A DNA stretch of 64,000 nucleotides from assembly GCA_964547225.1 (NCBI GenBank), contig CAZJMV010000113.1, positions 2,543 to 66,542 of the forward strand, given 5' to 3'. Positions 29,021 through 38,397 of the stretch are shown piece after piece (the stretch's first letter is position 1; each line of letters starts with the position of its first letter). Made by a program: the position numbers and the translations under genes. Below the pieces are notes generated by a model. That model did not search any database. It saw only the letters and a list, made by a program, of their open reading frames with translations, and was not told the origin of the DNA. The stretch comes from an uncultured Anaerolineaceae bacterium. Lineage in GTDB: Bacteria; Chloroflexota; Anaerolineae; Anaerolineales; UBA4823.

Positions 29021-29476
29021 TTATCGAACAATAAGCCAGTAAATATGTGCAGTAATTATCCCTAAGATTGTACCCGCGAAAGCTTCTTTAGGTGTATGAC
29101 CTAGGACTTCCCATAATTTCTCATCTTTTTTTAAGGGATGACCGCTTGCTAGGTTGTTGATGATTTTGTTAATAATTTCGGCATGTTTTCCAGCTTGCCT
29201 TCGTATTCCAGTGGCATCATAGATCACGATCATCGCCATGACAAGTGAGATCCCAAAATAAGGTGAACCGAAACCATAAAATAAACCAGAGGAATGAGCG
29301 AGTCCCGTTATCAGAGCAGAATGCGAACTTGGCATACCTCCAGGACGTAATAATAAAACCCAATTTAACTTTTTTGTTTGCATATATTCAAATGGAACTT
29401 TTACAACCTGAGCAATGATCCAAGCAATAAGTGCGCAAATAAGAATGTCATTATCTAAAAAATTATTAGAAACCAT
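29021..29476 (-). CDS. Divergent PAP2 family membrane protein (DUF212)
   Basis: GGMPSSHSALITGLA, VIYDATGIRRQAGKHA and LGHTPKEAFAG match the DUF212 / acid-phosphatase-related family. Confidence 0.75.
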   Translation of the reverse strand: MVSNNFLDNDILICALIAWIIAQVVKVPFEYMQTKKLNWVLLLRPGGMPSSHSALITGLAHSSGLFYGFGSPYFGISLVMAMIVIYDATGIRRQAGKHAEIINKIINNLASGHPLKKDEKLWEVLGHTPKEAFAGTILGIITAHIYWLIVR

Positions 29477-29502
29477 ATTTAATACCCTTTTAGTTATTGA
29501 TC

Positions 29503-29751
29503 TTAAGAATATTTTTCTTCAGGTGAGGAAATTTTGTGTTCTTCCAAGATTGATTTAATTTTTATCTCAGCCTCGGTGAGCAGTTTTAAACAATAGGTGG
29601 CAAGAATTTGCCCTTGTTCGAATTTATTCAAAGCTTCGTCTAGTGAGTGTTCATTCGTCTCTAGGGAATTGATTGTTTCTTCGAGTTTTTCAAGAGCTTC
29701 TTCATATGTGAGATTAATATTTGATAGATCTAATTCATTATTCTTCATCAT
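29503..29751 (-). CDS. xseB: Exodeoxyribonuclease VII small subunit
   Basis: 82-aa helical protein (YEEALEKLEETINSLE...LDEALNKFEQG) immediately downstream of xseA. Confidence 0.85.
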   Translation of the reverse strand: MMKNNELDLSNINLTYEEALEKLEETINSLETNEHSLDEALNKFEQGQILATYCLKLLTEAEIKIKSILEEHKISSPEEKYS

Positions 29752-29783
29752 TCATAGTTCCTCATTTACAAACTGATAACTGC

Positions 29784-31055
29784 TTATCCTATTTTTTGTT
29801 TGGATAATGTGAGATCATTGTTTTGGGTAGTCTCACCTACTTGTACTTTTGCTTTGCCGTCAATAAATATTATATTCAAGTGATCGTGATCTTTAACCTG
29901 ATTAATACTTCGAGCAATTTTTCCATCTTCTTTTGTAACGATTGTATAGCCTCTTTGTAAAATTTTTTCTGGACTGAGGCTAATTAGTTTTTGATTGACT
30001 CCGTATAGATAGGTTTTTTTGATTACGATATTATGGTTTGTTTGTTTTTCCATATTTTGGATTAATGTATCAATCTTCTGAGAATTTGATTGGACCATCA
30101 TTAATGGATTTTGAGACCGCAAACTCTGACAATTCAAATTTAAACTTTGTTTTTCAATTGACATGATTTTCTTGATTTCACCATTAAGGTTTTCTCTCAG
30201 ATCGAATAAGTATTCAATTTGTTCTTCGCGATTTGGAGTGGCTAATTCGGCAGCAGCCGTTGGGGTTGGGGCGCGTAAATCGCATACAAAATCTGCAATA
30301 GTAAAATCAGTCTCATGTCCAATACCACAAATGATGGGGATTGTCGAATTTGCAATCGCACGGGCAACAATCTCAGAATTAAACGCCCATAGATCCTCGA
30401 TAGAACCTCCACCACGAGCTACTATGATCACATCTGTTTTTGCATGATAATTGAGTTTATGAATTGCCTCAACGATCGATTGAGGCGCTTCTATTCCTTG
30501 TACTTGCGATGGAGATATCATTACTTCAGCGAGTGGATATCTGCGTGAAATTGTATTGATGATATCTCGGAAAGCTGCACCAGTCGGAGATGTTACTACA
30601 CCAATTGAATGAGGCCATTTTGGAATGGATCGTTTGATTTCCTCAGAAAAAAGTCCTTCATTTTCTAACTTCTGTTTTAGGATCAAAAACTCTTTATATA
30701 ATTCACCTTCACCAGCTGATTGGATTTTATCGACATAGAATTGATATTGCCCACCAGCTTCATAAACACTAACTTTTCCATGAATATCGATTGCCTCACC
30801 ATCGTTTGGCAATCGGGAAAGTCGATTAACATCCGAACGCCACATCACACAGCGCAAACTGCAATTACGGTCTTTTAATGTAAAATACAAATGCCCAGAA
30901 TTAGGATGGGCAATGTTCGAAATCTCACCGCTTACCCAAATAACTTGGATCGCATTGTCATTTTCAAGGATTTTCTTTATATGACGTGTTAATTCTGTTA
31001 CACTCCAATATTTCTCTTGGAAAAGATTATGAGTATTCATTTTTATCTCGTTCAT
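29784..31055 (-). CDS. xseA: Exodeoxyribonuclease VII large subunit
   Basis: YWSVTELTRHIKKILE, an OB-fold, IGVVTSPTGAAFRDI, ARGGGSIEDLWAFN and GIGHETDFTIADF. Start placed at ATG 31055; ATG 31040 is also possible. The track's TTG at 31106 is a TTGACA hexamer. Confidence 0.88.
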   Translation of the reverse strand: MNEIKMNTHNLFQEKYWSVTELTRHIKKILENDNAIQVIWVSGEISNIAHPNSGHLYFTLKDRNCSLRCVMWRSDVNRLSRLPNDGEAIDIHGKVSVYEAGGQYQFYVDKIQSAGEGELYKEFLILKQKLENEGLFSEEIKRSIPKWPHSIGVVTSPTGAAFRDIINTISRRYPLAEVMISPSQVQGIEAPQSIVEAIHKLNYHAKTDVIIVARGGGSIEDLWAFNSEIVARAIANSTIPIICGIGHETDFTIADFVCDLRAPTPTAAAELATPNREEQIEYLFDLRENLNGEIKKIMSIEKQSLNLNCQSLRSQNPLMMVQSNSQKIDTLIQNMEKQTNHNIVIKKTYLYGVNQKLISLSPEKILQRGYTIVTKEDGKIARSINQVKDHDHLNIIFIDGKAKVQVGETTQNNDLTLSKQKIG

Positions 31056-31077
31056 AAACAAGTATTGTAATAGGTTG

Positions 31078-31106
31078 AGGATACTCTCATACAGAAAGCT
31101 TGTCAA
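31078..31106 (-). promoter_or_regulatory. Possible xseA promoter
   Basis: On the minus strand: TTGACA (31106-31101), a 17-nt spacer, then TATCCT (31083-31078). Confidence 0.3.
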
Positions 31107-31169
31107 CTATTCACCATGGTAAGATTCTTTGTTAAAATATGAAAGATTAAGATACAATGTAAAAATGAA

Positions 31170-31673
31170 GTGGAGCAATCATTGGAATATATTTGGTCAC
31201 CTTGGCGAATGAAATATATACAAAGTGATAAACAAAAAGATGGGTGTGTTTTTTGCAATGAGTTAAATAAAACTGATGGTCCCGATAATCTGATTGTAGA
31301 ACGTTTTAATCACTCTTGTGCAATTTTGAATAGATTCCCATATACGAGTGGACATATGATGGTCGTACCTTTTGAACATAAAGCCACTCTTGAAGATCTA
31401 TTAGATGAAACGCTTGCTGAGATCATGCAGGTTACCGTTAAAGTCATGAAGGTTTTAAGGATAGTGTATTCTCCGCAAGGGTTTAATATTGGGGTTAATG
31501 TTGGCGAGGCAGCTGGAGCAGGAATTCTGGAGCATGTACATTTGCATATCGTACCTCGATGGAGCGGGGATACTAATTTTGTATCGATTCTGGGAAATGT
31601 AAGGGTCTTGCCAGAAACATTGGAAGACTCTTATTCAAATATAAAGTCTGAGTGGCAGAAATTATTCTCGTGA
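31170..31673 (+). CDS. HIT family nucleotide hydrolase/phosphorylase
   Basis: WSPWRMKYI at the N-terminus and the histidine triad HVHLHIVPRW. The start could be TTG 31182, 6 nt after GGAG, rather than GTG 31170. Confidence 0.8.
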   Translation: MEQSLEYIWSPWRMKYIQSDKQKDGCVFCNELNKTDGPDNLIVERFNHSCAILNRFPYTSGHMMVVPFEHKATLEDLLDETLAEIMQVTVKVMKVLRIVYSPQGFNIGVNVGEAAGAGILEHVHLHIVPRWSGDTNFVSILGNVRVLPETLEDSYSNIKSEWQKLFS

Positions 31674-31727
31674 TCCGATTAGAATAACCTTAAACAAGGA
31701 CAAACATACCATTAATTGGAGGTAATT

Positions 31728-32939
31728 ATGGACAAAAAGGAATCAAATAAGGAAGCTGTCATTTTAAGTGCAGCTCGCACTCCCTCAGGGAGGTTTCAAG
31801 GGAGTTTACAAGGAATGTCTGCTCCAGAACTTGGTGCAGTTGTTATCAAAGAAGCAGTGAAGCGTGCTAATCTACCTGACTTGACATTAGTTGATGAAGT
31901 GATTATGGGTAATGTTGTTTCTTGTGGTTTAGGACAGGCACCAGCTCGCCAAGCGGCAATTTATTCCGGTCTGCCTGTCACTGTTGGAGCTACTACCATC
32001 AATAAGGTGTGTGGCTCTGGACTTAAATCGGTTATGTTTGGCGCTCAAGCAATTCATGCAGGAGAAAAACAGTTGTTCGTATGTGGTGGTATGGAAAACA
32101 TGAGCCGAGCTCCTTTTCTCATAGAGCATCGATCAAATCCACCTAGATTTGGACATACTGAATTGCGTGATGCATTGTTACATGATGGTTTGTGGGATCC
32201 TTTTGAGGATTGGAGTATGGGGAGGGCTGCGGAATTTATCGCTGAAGTATACGATATCTCTCGCGAAGAAATGGATGAATTCTCGCTAAATAGCCATAGG
32301 AAGGCAATTCAAGCCATTGAAAATAATAAATTTGAAGCGGAGATTGTCCCTGTTGAACTGAAAGATAGGAAGGGAAATGTCAATTTATTTGCAATTGATG
32401 AAACTCCACGCGCAGATACTTCATTAGAAGTATTAACAAAATTAAAACCTGCATTTCAAAAGGATGGAAAAGTAACAGCAGGAAATTCTCCAGGGTTGAA
32501 CGATGGCGCGGCTGCAGTGGTCGTATCAAGTAGGTATTATGCAGAGCAAAATGGAATTAAACCAATTGCAAGGATTGTTGGTTACGATCAGGCTGCTGTA
32601 GAGCCTAAATATATATTTGACGCTCCCTCAAAGGCGATCCCAAAACTATTAGATCGTATCGGTTGGAATTTGAAAGATGTTGACCTTATTGAAATTAATG
32701 AAGCTTTTGCAGCTCAGACCTTAGCGAACGGTAAAGCTTTAAAGGATAAAGGCTGGAACTGGGATAAAGTCAATATCCATGGAGGAGCTGTTGCTTTAGG
32801 TCACCCTATCGGAGCTAGTGGGGCGAGAGTATTAACTACACTTCTGTATGCTTTGAAAGAGACTGGTGGCAAACGCGGTGTTGCTGCATTGTGCTTAGGT
32901 GGAGCAGAAGCTGTTGCCATGGCTGTAGAGCTTGAGTAG
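31728..32939 (+). CDS. Acetyl-CoA C-acetyltransferase (thiolase II)
   Basis: [42 protein letters not shown] and ALCLGGAEA. Start moved to ATG 31728, 5 nt after GGAGG. Confidence 0.9.
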   Translation: MDKKESNKEAVILSAARTPSGRFQGSLQGMSAPELGAVVIKEAVKRANLPDLTLVDEVIMGNVVSCGLGQAPARQAAIYSGLPVTVGATTINKVCGSGLKSVMFGAQAIHAGEKQLFVCGGMENMSRAPFLIEHRSNPPRFGHTELRDALLHDGLWDPFEDWSMGRAAEFIAEVYDISREEMDEFSLNSHRKAIQAIENNKFEAEIVPVELKDRKGNVNLFAIDETPRADTSLEVLTKLKPAFQKDGKVTAGNSPGLNDGAAAVVVSSRYYAEQNGIKPIARIVGYDQAAVEPKYIFDAPSKAIPKLLDRIGWNLKDVDLIEINEAFAAQTLANGKALKDKGWNWDKVNIHGGAVALGHPIGASGARVLTTLLYALKETGGKRGVAALCLGGAEAVAMAVELE

Positions 32940-32965
32940 GTCACTGTGAAAAAAAAGGACGTAAT

Positions 32966-33808
32966 ATGAAATCAATATTTGTATTAGGGGCAGGTACGAT
33001 GGGACGCGGTATTGCTCAAGTAGCTGCTACTGCGAACTTCACTGTAACATTAATGGATATTGATAATGAGCAATTAGATTCAGCAAAAATTCAAGTACAG
33101 AAATCCTTAGAGAAATTATTATCTAAACAAAGAATTACGTCCCAACAATATGAAAGTGCACAGAATATTACCTATGTAAACTCTTACGAATTGATACCTT
33201 CGGTTGATCTAGTGATCGAAGCGGCGATAGAGCAAGAAAAAATAAAATTGGGTATATTTGCTGACGTCGACAAATTGGCTTCTCCGGATGCAATTCTGGC
33301 TTCAAACACATCATCAATAAGTATAACAAAATTGGGAGCAATCACTTCTCGTCCTGAGAAGGTAATTGGGATGCATTTTATGAATCCAGTTCCTTTGATG
33401 TCTCTAGTGGAGGTCATTCCTGGAATGGATACGAGTGAATCTACATTGAATGTTATCCAAGTCCTATGTAAGACAATGGGAAAAACCCCAATCAGTGCTA
33501 AAGATGCACCTGGTTTTATCTCTAATCGAATACTATGTCCTATGATTAATGAGGCGGTTTTTGCTTTACAAGAGGGAATTGGATCTACAACTGATATTGA
33601 TGGGATCATGAAATTAGGAATGAATCATCCGATGGGCCCATTGGAGTTAGGAGATTTAATTGGATTAGATGTTGTTTTAAATATTCTGGAGATCTTACAA
33701 CGTGACTTAGGTGATGATAAATACCGTCCAGCGTATTTATTAAAAAAAATGGTTAACGCGGGTCATCTAGGAAGGAAAACGGGTAGAGGTTTCTACGATT
33801 ATTCTTAA
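32966..33808 (+). CDS. hbd: 3-hydroxybutyryl-CoA dehydrogenase
   Basis: [14 protein letters not shown] (Rossmann), [29 protein letters not shown] and [11 protein letters not shown]. Confidence 0.9.
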   Translation: MKSIFVLGAGTMGRGIAQVAATANFTVTLMDIDNEQLDSAKIQVQKSLEKLLSKQRITSQQYESAQNITYVNSYELIPSVDLVIEAAIEQEKIKLGIFADVDKLASPDAILASNTSSISITKLGAITSRPEKVIGMHFMNPVPLMSLVEVIPGMDTSESTLNVIQVLCKTMGKTPISAKDAPGFISNRILCPMINEAVFALQEGIGSTTDIDGIMKLGMNHPMGPLELGDLIGLDVVLNILEILQRDLGDDKYRPAYLLKKMVNAGHLGRKTGRGFYDYS

Positions 33809-33847
33809 TGAAAATGATCTTACCAACAATATCGCTTTATCATCATA

Positions 33848-33888
33848 AAACGGTTGATCATTGAAAAATGATCAACCGTTTGTTTTCT
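33848..33888. terminator. Strong bidirectional rho-independent terminator between the convergent hbd and degV
   Basis: A perfect 15-bp stem: AAACGGTTGATCATT (33848-33862), GAAA loop, AATGATCAACCGTTT (33867-33881). It is followed by GTTTTCTT on the plus strand and by TTTTAT on the minus strand. Confidence 0.75.
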
Positions 33889-33910
33889 TATTCTGGTACT
33901 CATGGTATGG

Positions 33911-34753
33911 TCAGCTTGTTCTAAAGAATCCCGCGGCTAATACTCCTGGACCTGCGTGTGTTATGATAGCCGGCGGTACATAGGTGATGGGGATATTTTC
34001 TTGACCGATTTTTTCCCCAAGTCTTTGAGCAAATATTTCTGCTTCTTCAGCATTTCCTGCGTGCATGACTGATAAATAGGCATCACCATTGAATGATATT
34101 TGTTTGAGTATCGTTTTTTCAAGGTGAGCTATAGCTCTTTTGTGTGTGCGTTCTTTTTCATAGACATCTATTTTGCCATCCTTGATCGAAAGGATTGGCT
34201 TTATTTGTAAAACACTTCCTAGTAAAGACGCAGCTCCACCTATACGCCCTCCTTTGGCTAAATATTCTAATGTACTAACTAAAAAATAGACCTTTACCCT
34301 TTTGATTAAATCATTGATTTTCTGTTCGATATCGTCAGCCGACTCACCTGATGCTGCCCATTGAGCGGCTAGCTCGACGATACTGCCAAGTGGACTGGCA
34401 ATTACACGCGTATCGATTACGCGAATATCCAGATCTGGAAAATCTTTGGCTGCAACACTCGCAGATCGAACTGTACCGCTGACTTCCGAAGATGGATGAA
34501 TACATAGAATAGGTTCCTTGTCAGAAGCTAGTCTTTCGAATTCCTTCGCGAACAATTCGGGGGGAGGCGCAGCTGTTTTTGGTAATTGATGAGATGATTG
34601 GAGTTTCTGCATAAAGGTATCAGTGTCGATATCCAATCCTTCGTAATATGAATCTTCTCCGAAAATGATTACTTGTGGAATGACAGGAATGTTGTATTTA
34701 TAAGCAATATCCTGAGAAAGGCAAGAAGTAGTGTCTGTGAGAATATTTACCAT
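33911..34753 (-). CDS. DegV family fatty-acid-binding protein
   Basis: ILTDTTSCL, TAAPPP, a typical length of 280 aa, and GPGVLAAGF at the C-terminus. Start moved to ATG 34753, 7 nt after AAGGA. Confidence 0.85.
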   Translation of the reverse strand: MVNILTDTTSCLSQDIAYKYNIPVIPQVIIFGEDSYYEGLDIDTDTFMQKLQSSHQLPKTAAPPPELFAKEFERLASDKEPILCIHPSSEVSGTVRSASVAAKDFPDLDIRVIDTRVIASPLGSIVELAAQWAASGESADDIEQKINDLIKRVKVYFLVSTLEYLAKGGRIGGAASLLGSVLQIKPILSIKDGKIDVYEKERTHKRAIAHLEKTILKQISFNGDAYLSVMHAGNAEEAEIFAQRLGEKIGQENIPITYVPPAIITHAGPGVLAAGFFRTS

Positions 34754-34831
34754 GATTATGTCCTTTTTTATTGGTATGAAAAAAAATTCGTAGATATCCC
34801 TAATTAATAATACTTTCAAATTAGATTTTTT

Positions 34832-37327
34832 TTATTTCTTGTACTCTAAGGCAGTTTTAACTGCTTCGTACGCATTTACTATGCCAAAGCCATAAGCAGT
34901 ACTGGGAACTTGATCAACACCAGGACATTCGGGGAGATATCCATTATATGGAGTAGCCGAATTTTTGATGATCTCTTCCGTAAGATCGATTTCACCAATC
35001 AGAGCAGGGTTCGCTGCCCAGATCAATGCGACAACGCCAGCGATATGTGGACCTGCCATGGATGTACCACTATAAGCTTCATAGGTATTGCCTGGAGTTG
35101 AAGAGATAATATCCACCCCTGGAGCAATAATATCTGGTTTGATCCTCTGACTACCGTCGGAAGATACAGGACCTATACTACTGAAATCTGCTAAGTCTCC
35201 CATTCGGTCGATTGCGCCAACGGAAAAAACCTCATCGTAAATTGGAAGAGGATAATTCAATGTACCACATTTGGGTCCATCGTTTCCAGCGCTCGCAACA
35301 ACAAATACTCCTGCAGATCTTAATGCCTTTACCGCGGGTAAAAAGACTAACGCATCACATCCTTCTATTTCGGGGCATCCCCACGAATTATTGATAATAT
35401 CAGCGCCAAGCAATGGAGCGCCATCTGTGAATGGGTCGCCGTTTTGAGGGAAAGGAGCAAGCATGAACTGCATGCAATCTAAGTACCGAGCAGGATTTCC
35501 AAGATTTCGTGCAAGATTTACACACGCGTACCAAGATGCTTCTGGTGCCAAGCCGACATTTTCACCAACAATCGATCCCAGTGTGTGGGTTCCATGACCT
35601 CCTTGATCTATGGGAGATCTGGAATGATTCCATGGATCGAACCAATTATAATCATCTCCCATTGTCTTTCCTCGATAAGAGTTTCTTAGCTCAGGATGAT
35701 CTCCTTGAACGCCACTGTCGGATTGTCCAATAATAATCCCCTCTCCTTTAACTCCAAATTCCTCCCAGACACGATCAGCTTCAATTAATGAGATATTCCA
35801 ATCTGATTCAGAAGGCTGGGTCAAAGATCCTTCCTCGGTAGGTAATTCGTTGATCAAAGGACGAAGGTGAGGGCTGTGTAGTATTCGGTCTACATTTGGA
35901 TTAATGGATAACCATATTCTAATAATTGGGTTATCAGGGGCTTCAATAGCATTGACCAAATAATATGGTGTATAAGGAATTTTTAATGACTCAAATACAG
36001 AGCGAATATTTTTCTGTGAATTTTCCGCATTTTTTACAAGAGTATTGTAAACATATTCTTTTCGTTGTTCGTATGTTGCATCGCTGGGTAGATCATCAAA
36101 TGATGCTTGTTGCTTTAGGATAATGAATATATATTCACCATAAAAACCAGGACGACCATTTTGAGTATAACTAAGGATTGCTAAACCAATTGAGAAAATT
36201 GAAATAGTAGCTAACGAAAAAGTGGTCAATTTATCTGAGAATAGATTAGTCTTGATTGCCTTAAAGATCAAAGAAAGGATGATTAAAAAAGTTGTTAGGG
36301 CGATGATTCCAAATACAGACATACCCACAGCCTTATACGTACTGGATAGTATTTCTCCTTCTGCCATACTGAGCACTAAAACGAGTTCATCAGGGTCAAT
36401 AAAAGCTAAGGGAGCAAGGAATAATGATCCGAGAAACATGATTATGGGTAGATTATTCTTGATTCTCAACGTTGAAAACTGCTCCTGGCTTTCCCGATTA
36501 GGTTTAATTATTCCAAGGTACTCAATTGTGGCTATTAACCATCCAGAGGTTGGAAGAATGAGAAGAAGTATTAATTGAATACCGCTGTAACCGTAGTTGA
36601 TCGCACTAGAGATCATGAGTAAAATACCACCAAATACTAAGCTATTTAAGAAATATGTACTAAGATTATTCTGAATATCGATTTGAGATAGGTAATTATT
36701 CATAATGATCAGTGAAATGATACCCAACTCAAATGCAAATATTACCTGCAAAATTGTATCCGATACAGAACCCAGTGATCCATAGATCAGCCAAGGGATA
36801 AACAAGAGTACAGATAGAAAAATTAAAATGAGCCATCGGTTTTTTTCTAGATTAAACACCGATTCGGGTTGCGCATAGTTTTTCTCGTTAAGTATAGAAC
36901 TTGGTTGTTTCCTTCCTGTTATGAATTGAAGGAATAGGATATAGATCAATGCTAATATGATGTGGAAAAGGGTGATCATTTGTGCTGAACTTGGGTCTAA
37001 AAGTAATCCTGGAAGAAAGCTTATGATCGTTCCCCAAGCAAATAATAATGATTGATAAGCGATTCGAAAGTTCCTGGATGGATAAAGAACAACTAGAAGT
37101 ATGAGTGGAATTCCAATGAATAATAATTGTGTGATAGTAGAGAAAAAGGCAGTTATTCGAATGGCTGGAGTTGGGTTTATGGTAGAAAAATATACAACGA
37201 TGTGACGAATAAATGAAAAAATGATCATCCATGTAATGACAGCCAAGAAGATAAAACCATTTAGACATGCACTATCTTTGGATGTCTTTTGATATTTTGT
37301 TTGATTTGGTATGTTACTGTTTTCCAT
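34832..37327 (-). CDS. S8 (subtilisin-family) serine peptidase fused to a large N-terminal polytopic membrane domain
   Basis: Catalytic motifs GQSDSGV (Asp), HGTHTLGS (His), NNSWG and SGTSMAGPHIAG (Ser) lie in the C-terminal ~340 aa. The first ~480 aa contain roughly 11-12 hydrophobic segments. Confidence 0.8.
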   Translation of the reverse strand: MENSNIPNQTKYQKTSKDSACLNGFIFLAVITWMIIFSFIRHIVVYFSTINPTPAIRITAFFSTITQLLFIGIPLILLVVLYPSRNFRIAYQSLLFAWGTIISFLPGLLLDPSSAQMITLFHIILALIYILFLQFITGRKQPSSILNEKNYAQPESVFNLEKNRWLILIFLSVLLFIPWLIYGSLGSVSDTILQVIFAFELGIISLIIMNNYLSQIDIQNNLSTYFLNSLVFGGILLMISSAINYGYSGIQLILLLILPTSGWLIATIEYLGIIKPNRESQEQFSTLRIKNNLPIIMFLGSLFLAPLAFIDPDELVLVLSMAEGEILSSTYKAVGMSVFGIIALTTFLIILSLIFKAIKTNLFSDKLTTFSLATISIFSIGLAILSYTQNGRPGFYGEYIFIILKQQASFDDLPSDATYEQRKEYVYNTLVKNAENSQKNIRSVFESLKIPYTPYYLVNAIEAPDNPIIRIWLSINPNVDRILHSPHLRPLINELPTEEGSLTQPSESDWNISLIEADRVWEEFGVKGEGIIIGQSDSGVQGDHPELRNSYRGKTMGDDYNWFDPWNHSRSPIDQGGHGTHTLGSIVGENVGLAPEASWYACVNLARNLGNPARYLDCMQFMLAPFPQNGDPFTDGAPLLGADIINNSWGCPEIEGCDALVFLPAVKALRSAGVFVVASAGNDGPKCGTLNYPLPIYDEVFSVGAIDRMGDLADFSSIGPVSSDGSQRIKPDIIAPGVDIISSTPGNTYEAYSGTSMAGPHIAGVVALIWAANPALIGEIDLTEEIIKNSATPYNGYLPECPGVDQVPSTAYGFGIVNAYEAVKTALEYKK

Positions 37328-37371
37328 TATCTATTCCAAAAAAAATATGGTTTGTAAAATCAAATAAAGGA

Positions 37372-38322
37372 CTATGATAGGATTAACTTTTCAGAAATAC
37401 TAATACCTCGATGAATGCGACTTATGATTTCAGCAAGCATTGGAGCTACAGATAGGATTTCAATTTTTGGATGAGGTTTTTCTAAGGGAAGTGGGATGGT
37501 ATTGGTTGTGATCAATTTTTCGATATGCTCATCTTTATCCAGTATCTCCAAAGCAGTGGGTAGAAGAACGGGATGTGTGACAGCAAAATAAGCTTTTCCT
37601 TCAGCGCCACGATCATATAATGTATTTATTTGGCGTAGTACACTTCCACCTGCCATTAAATCATCGATGACAATCGGTCTATGTCCGGAGATATTGCCAA
37701 CGACATGCGTTGTTTCGACTTGTGTAATTCCCTTCCTTCTTTTATGCATTACAACTAGAGGTAATTGTAATAATTCAGCATATCTTCCAGCCATCCCTGC
37801 TCTACCTACATCTGGACTAACAATAGCTGCATTTTCGAACTCTGGTTTTCGAAAATAATTAGCCAACAAAGGAAGAGCGGTTAATGGATCGACAGGTATA
37901 TTGAAGAAACCTTGAATCGCTCGATTATGAATATCGATAAAGATAACCCGCGATGCGCCTAATGTTTCTAATAGATTGGCAACAACTCTTGCGCTGATCG
38001 CTTCTCTTCCTCTTGCCATTCGATCTTGTCGTGCATATGGGAAGTAGGGTATGACAATATTTATACAATGCGCACTCGCTCGACGAAAGGCATCAATGTA
38101 AAGAAGTACCTCCATGAGATTATCATTTACTGGAACAGAGCAAGGCTGTATAAAGAATATATCTTGACCACGGACTACTTCATCAAGCATGACGTAAACT
38201 TCACTATCTGGCATTCTTCTTGTGGTTGATAATCCAAGAGGTGTGTCAAGTAAATTAGCAACTTCTCGTGCAAGAGCTGGATGCGCAGATCCAGAGAAGA
38301 TCCTTAAAGCGTGATTAGTCAT
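37372..38322 (-). CDS. prs: Ribose-phosphate pyrophosphokinase
   Basis: [22 protein letters not shown] and the PRPP-binding loop [10 protein letters not shown]. Confidence 0.9.
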   Translation of the reverse strand: MTNHALRIFSGSAHPALAREVANLLDTPLGLSTTRRMPDSEVYVMLDEVVRGQDIFFIQPCSVPVNDNLMEVLLYIDAFRRASAHCINIVIPYFPYARQDRMARGREAISARVVANLLETLGASRVIFIDIHNRAIQGFFNIPVDPLTALPLLANYFRKPEFENAAIVSPDVGRAGMAGRYAELLQLPLVVMHKRRKGITQVETTHVVGNISGHRPIVIDDLMAGGSVLRQINTLYDRGAEGKAYFAVTHPVLLPTALEILDKDEHIEKLITTNTIPLPLEKPHPKIEILSVAPMLAEIISRIHRGISISEKLILS

Positions 38323-38397
38323 TAAAGATCACCTTCAAAGTAATTCTTAGAAAATTGCTTTTATTACTAAGGTATTGTTTTTGCATACGAACTTAAA

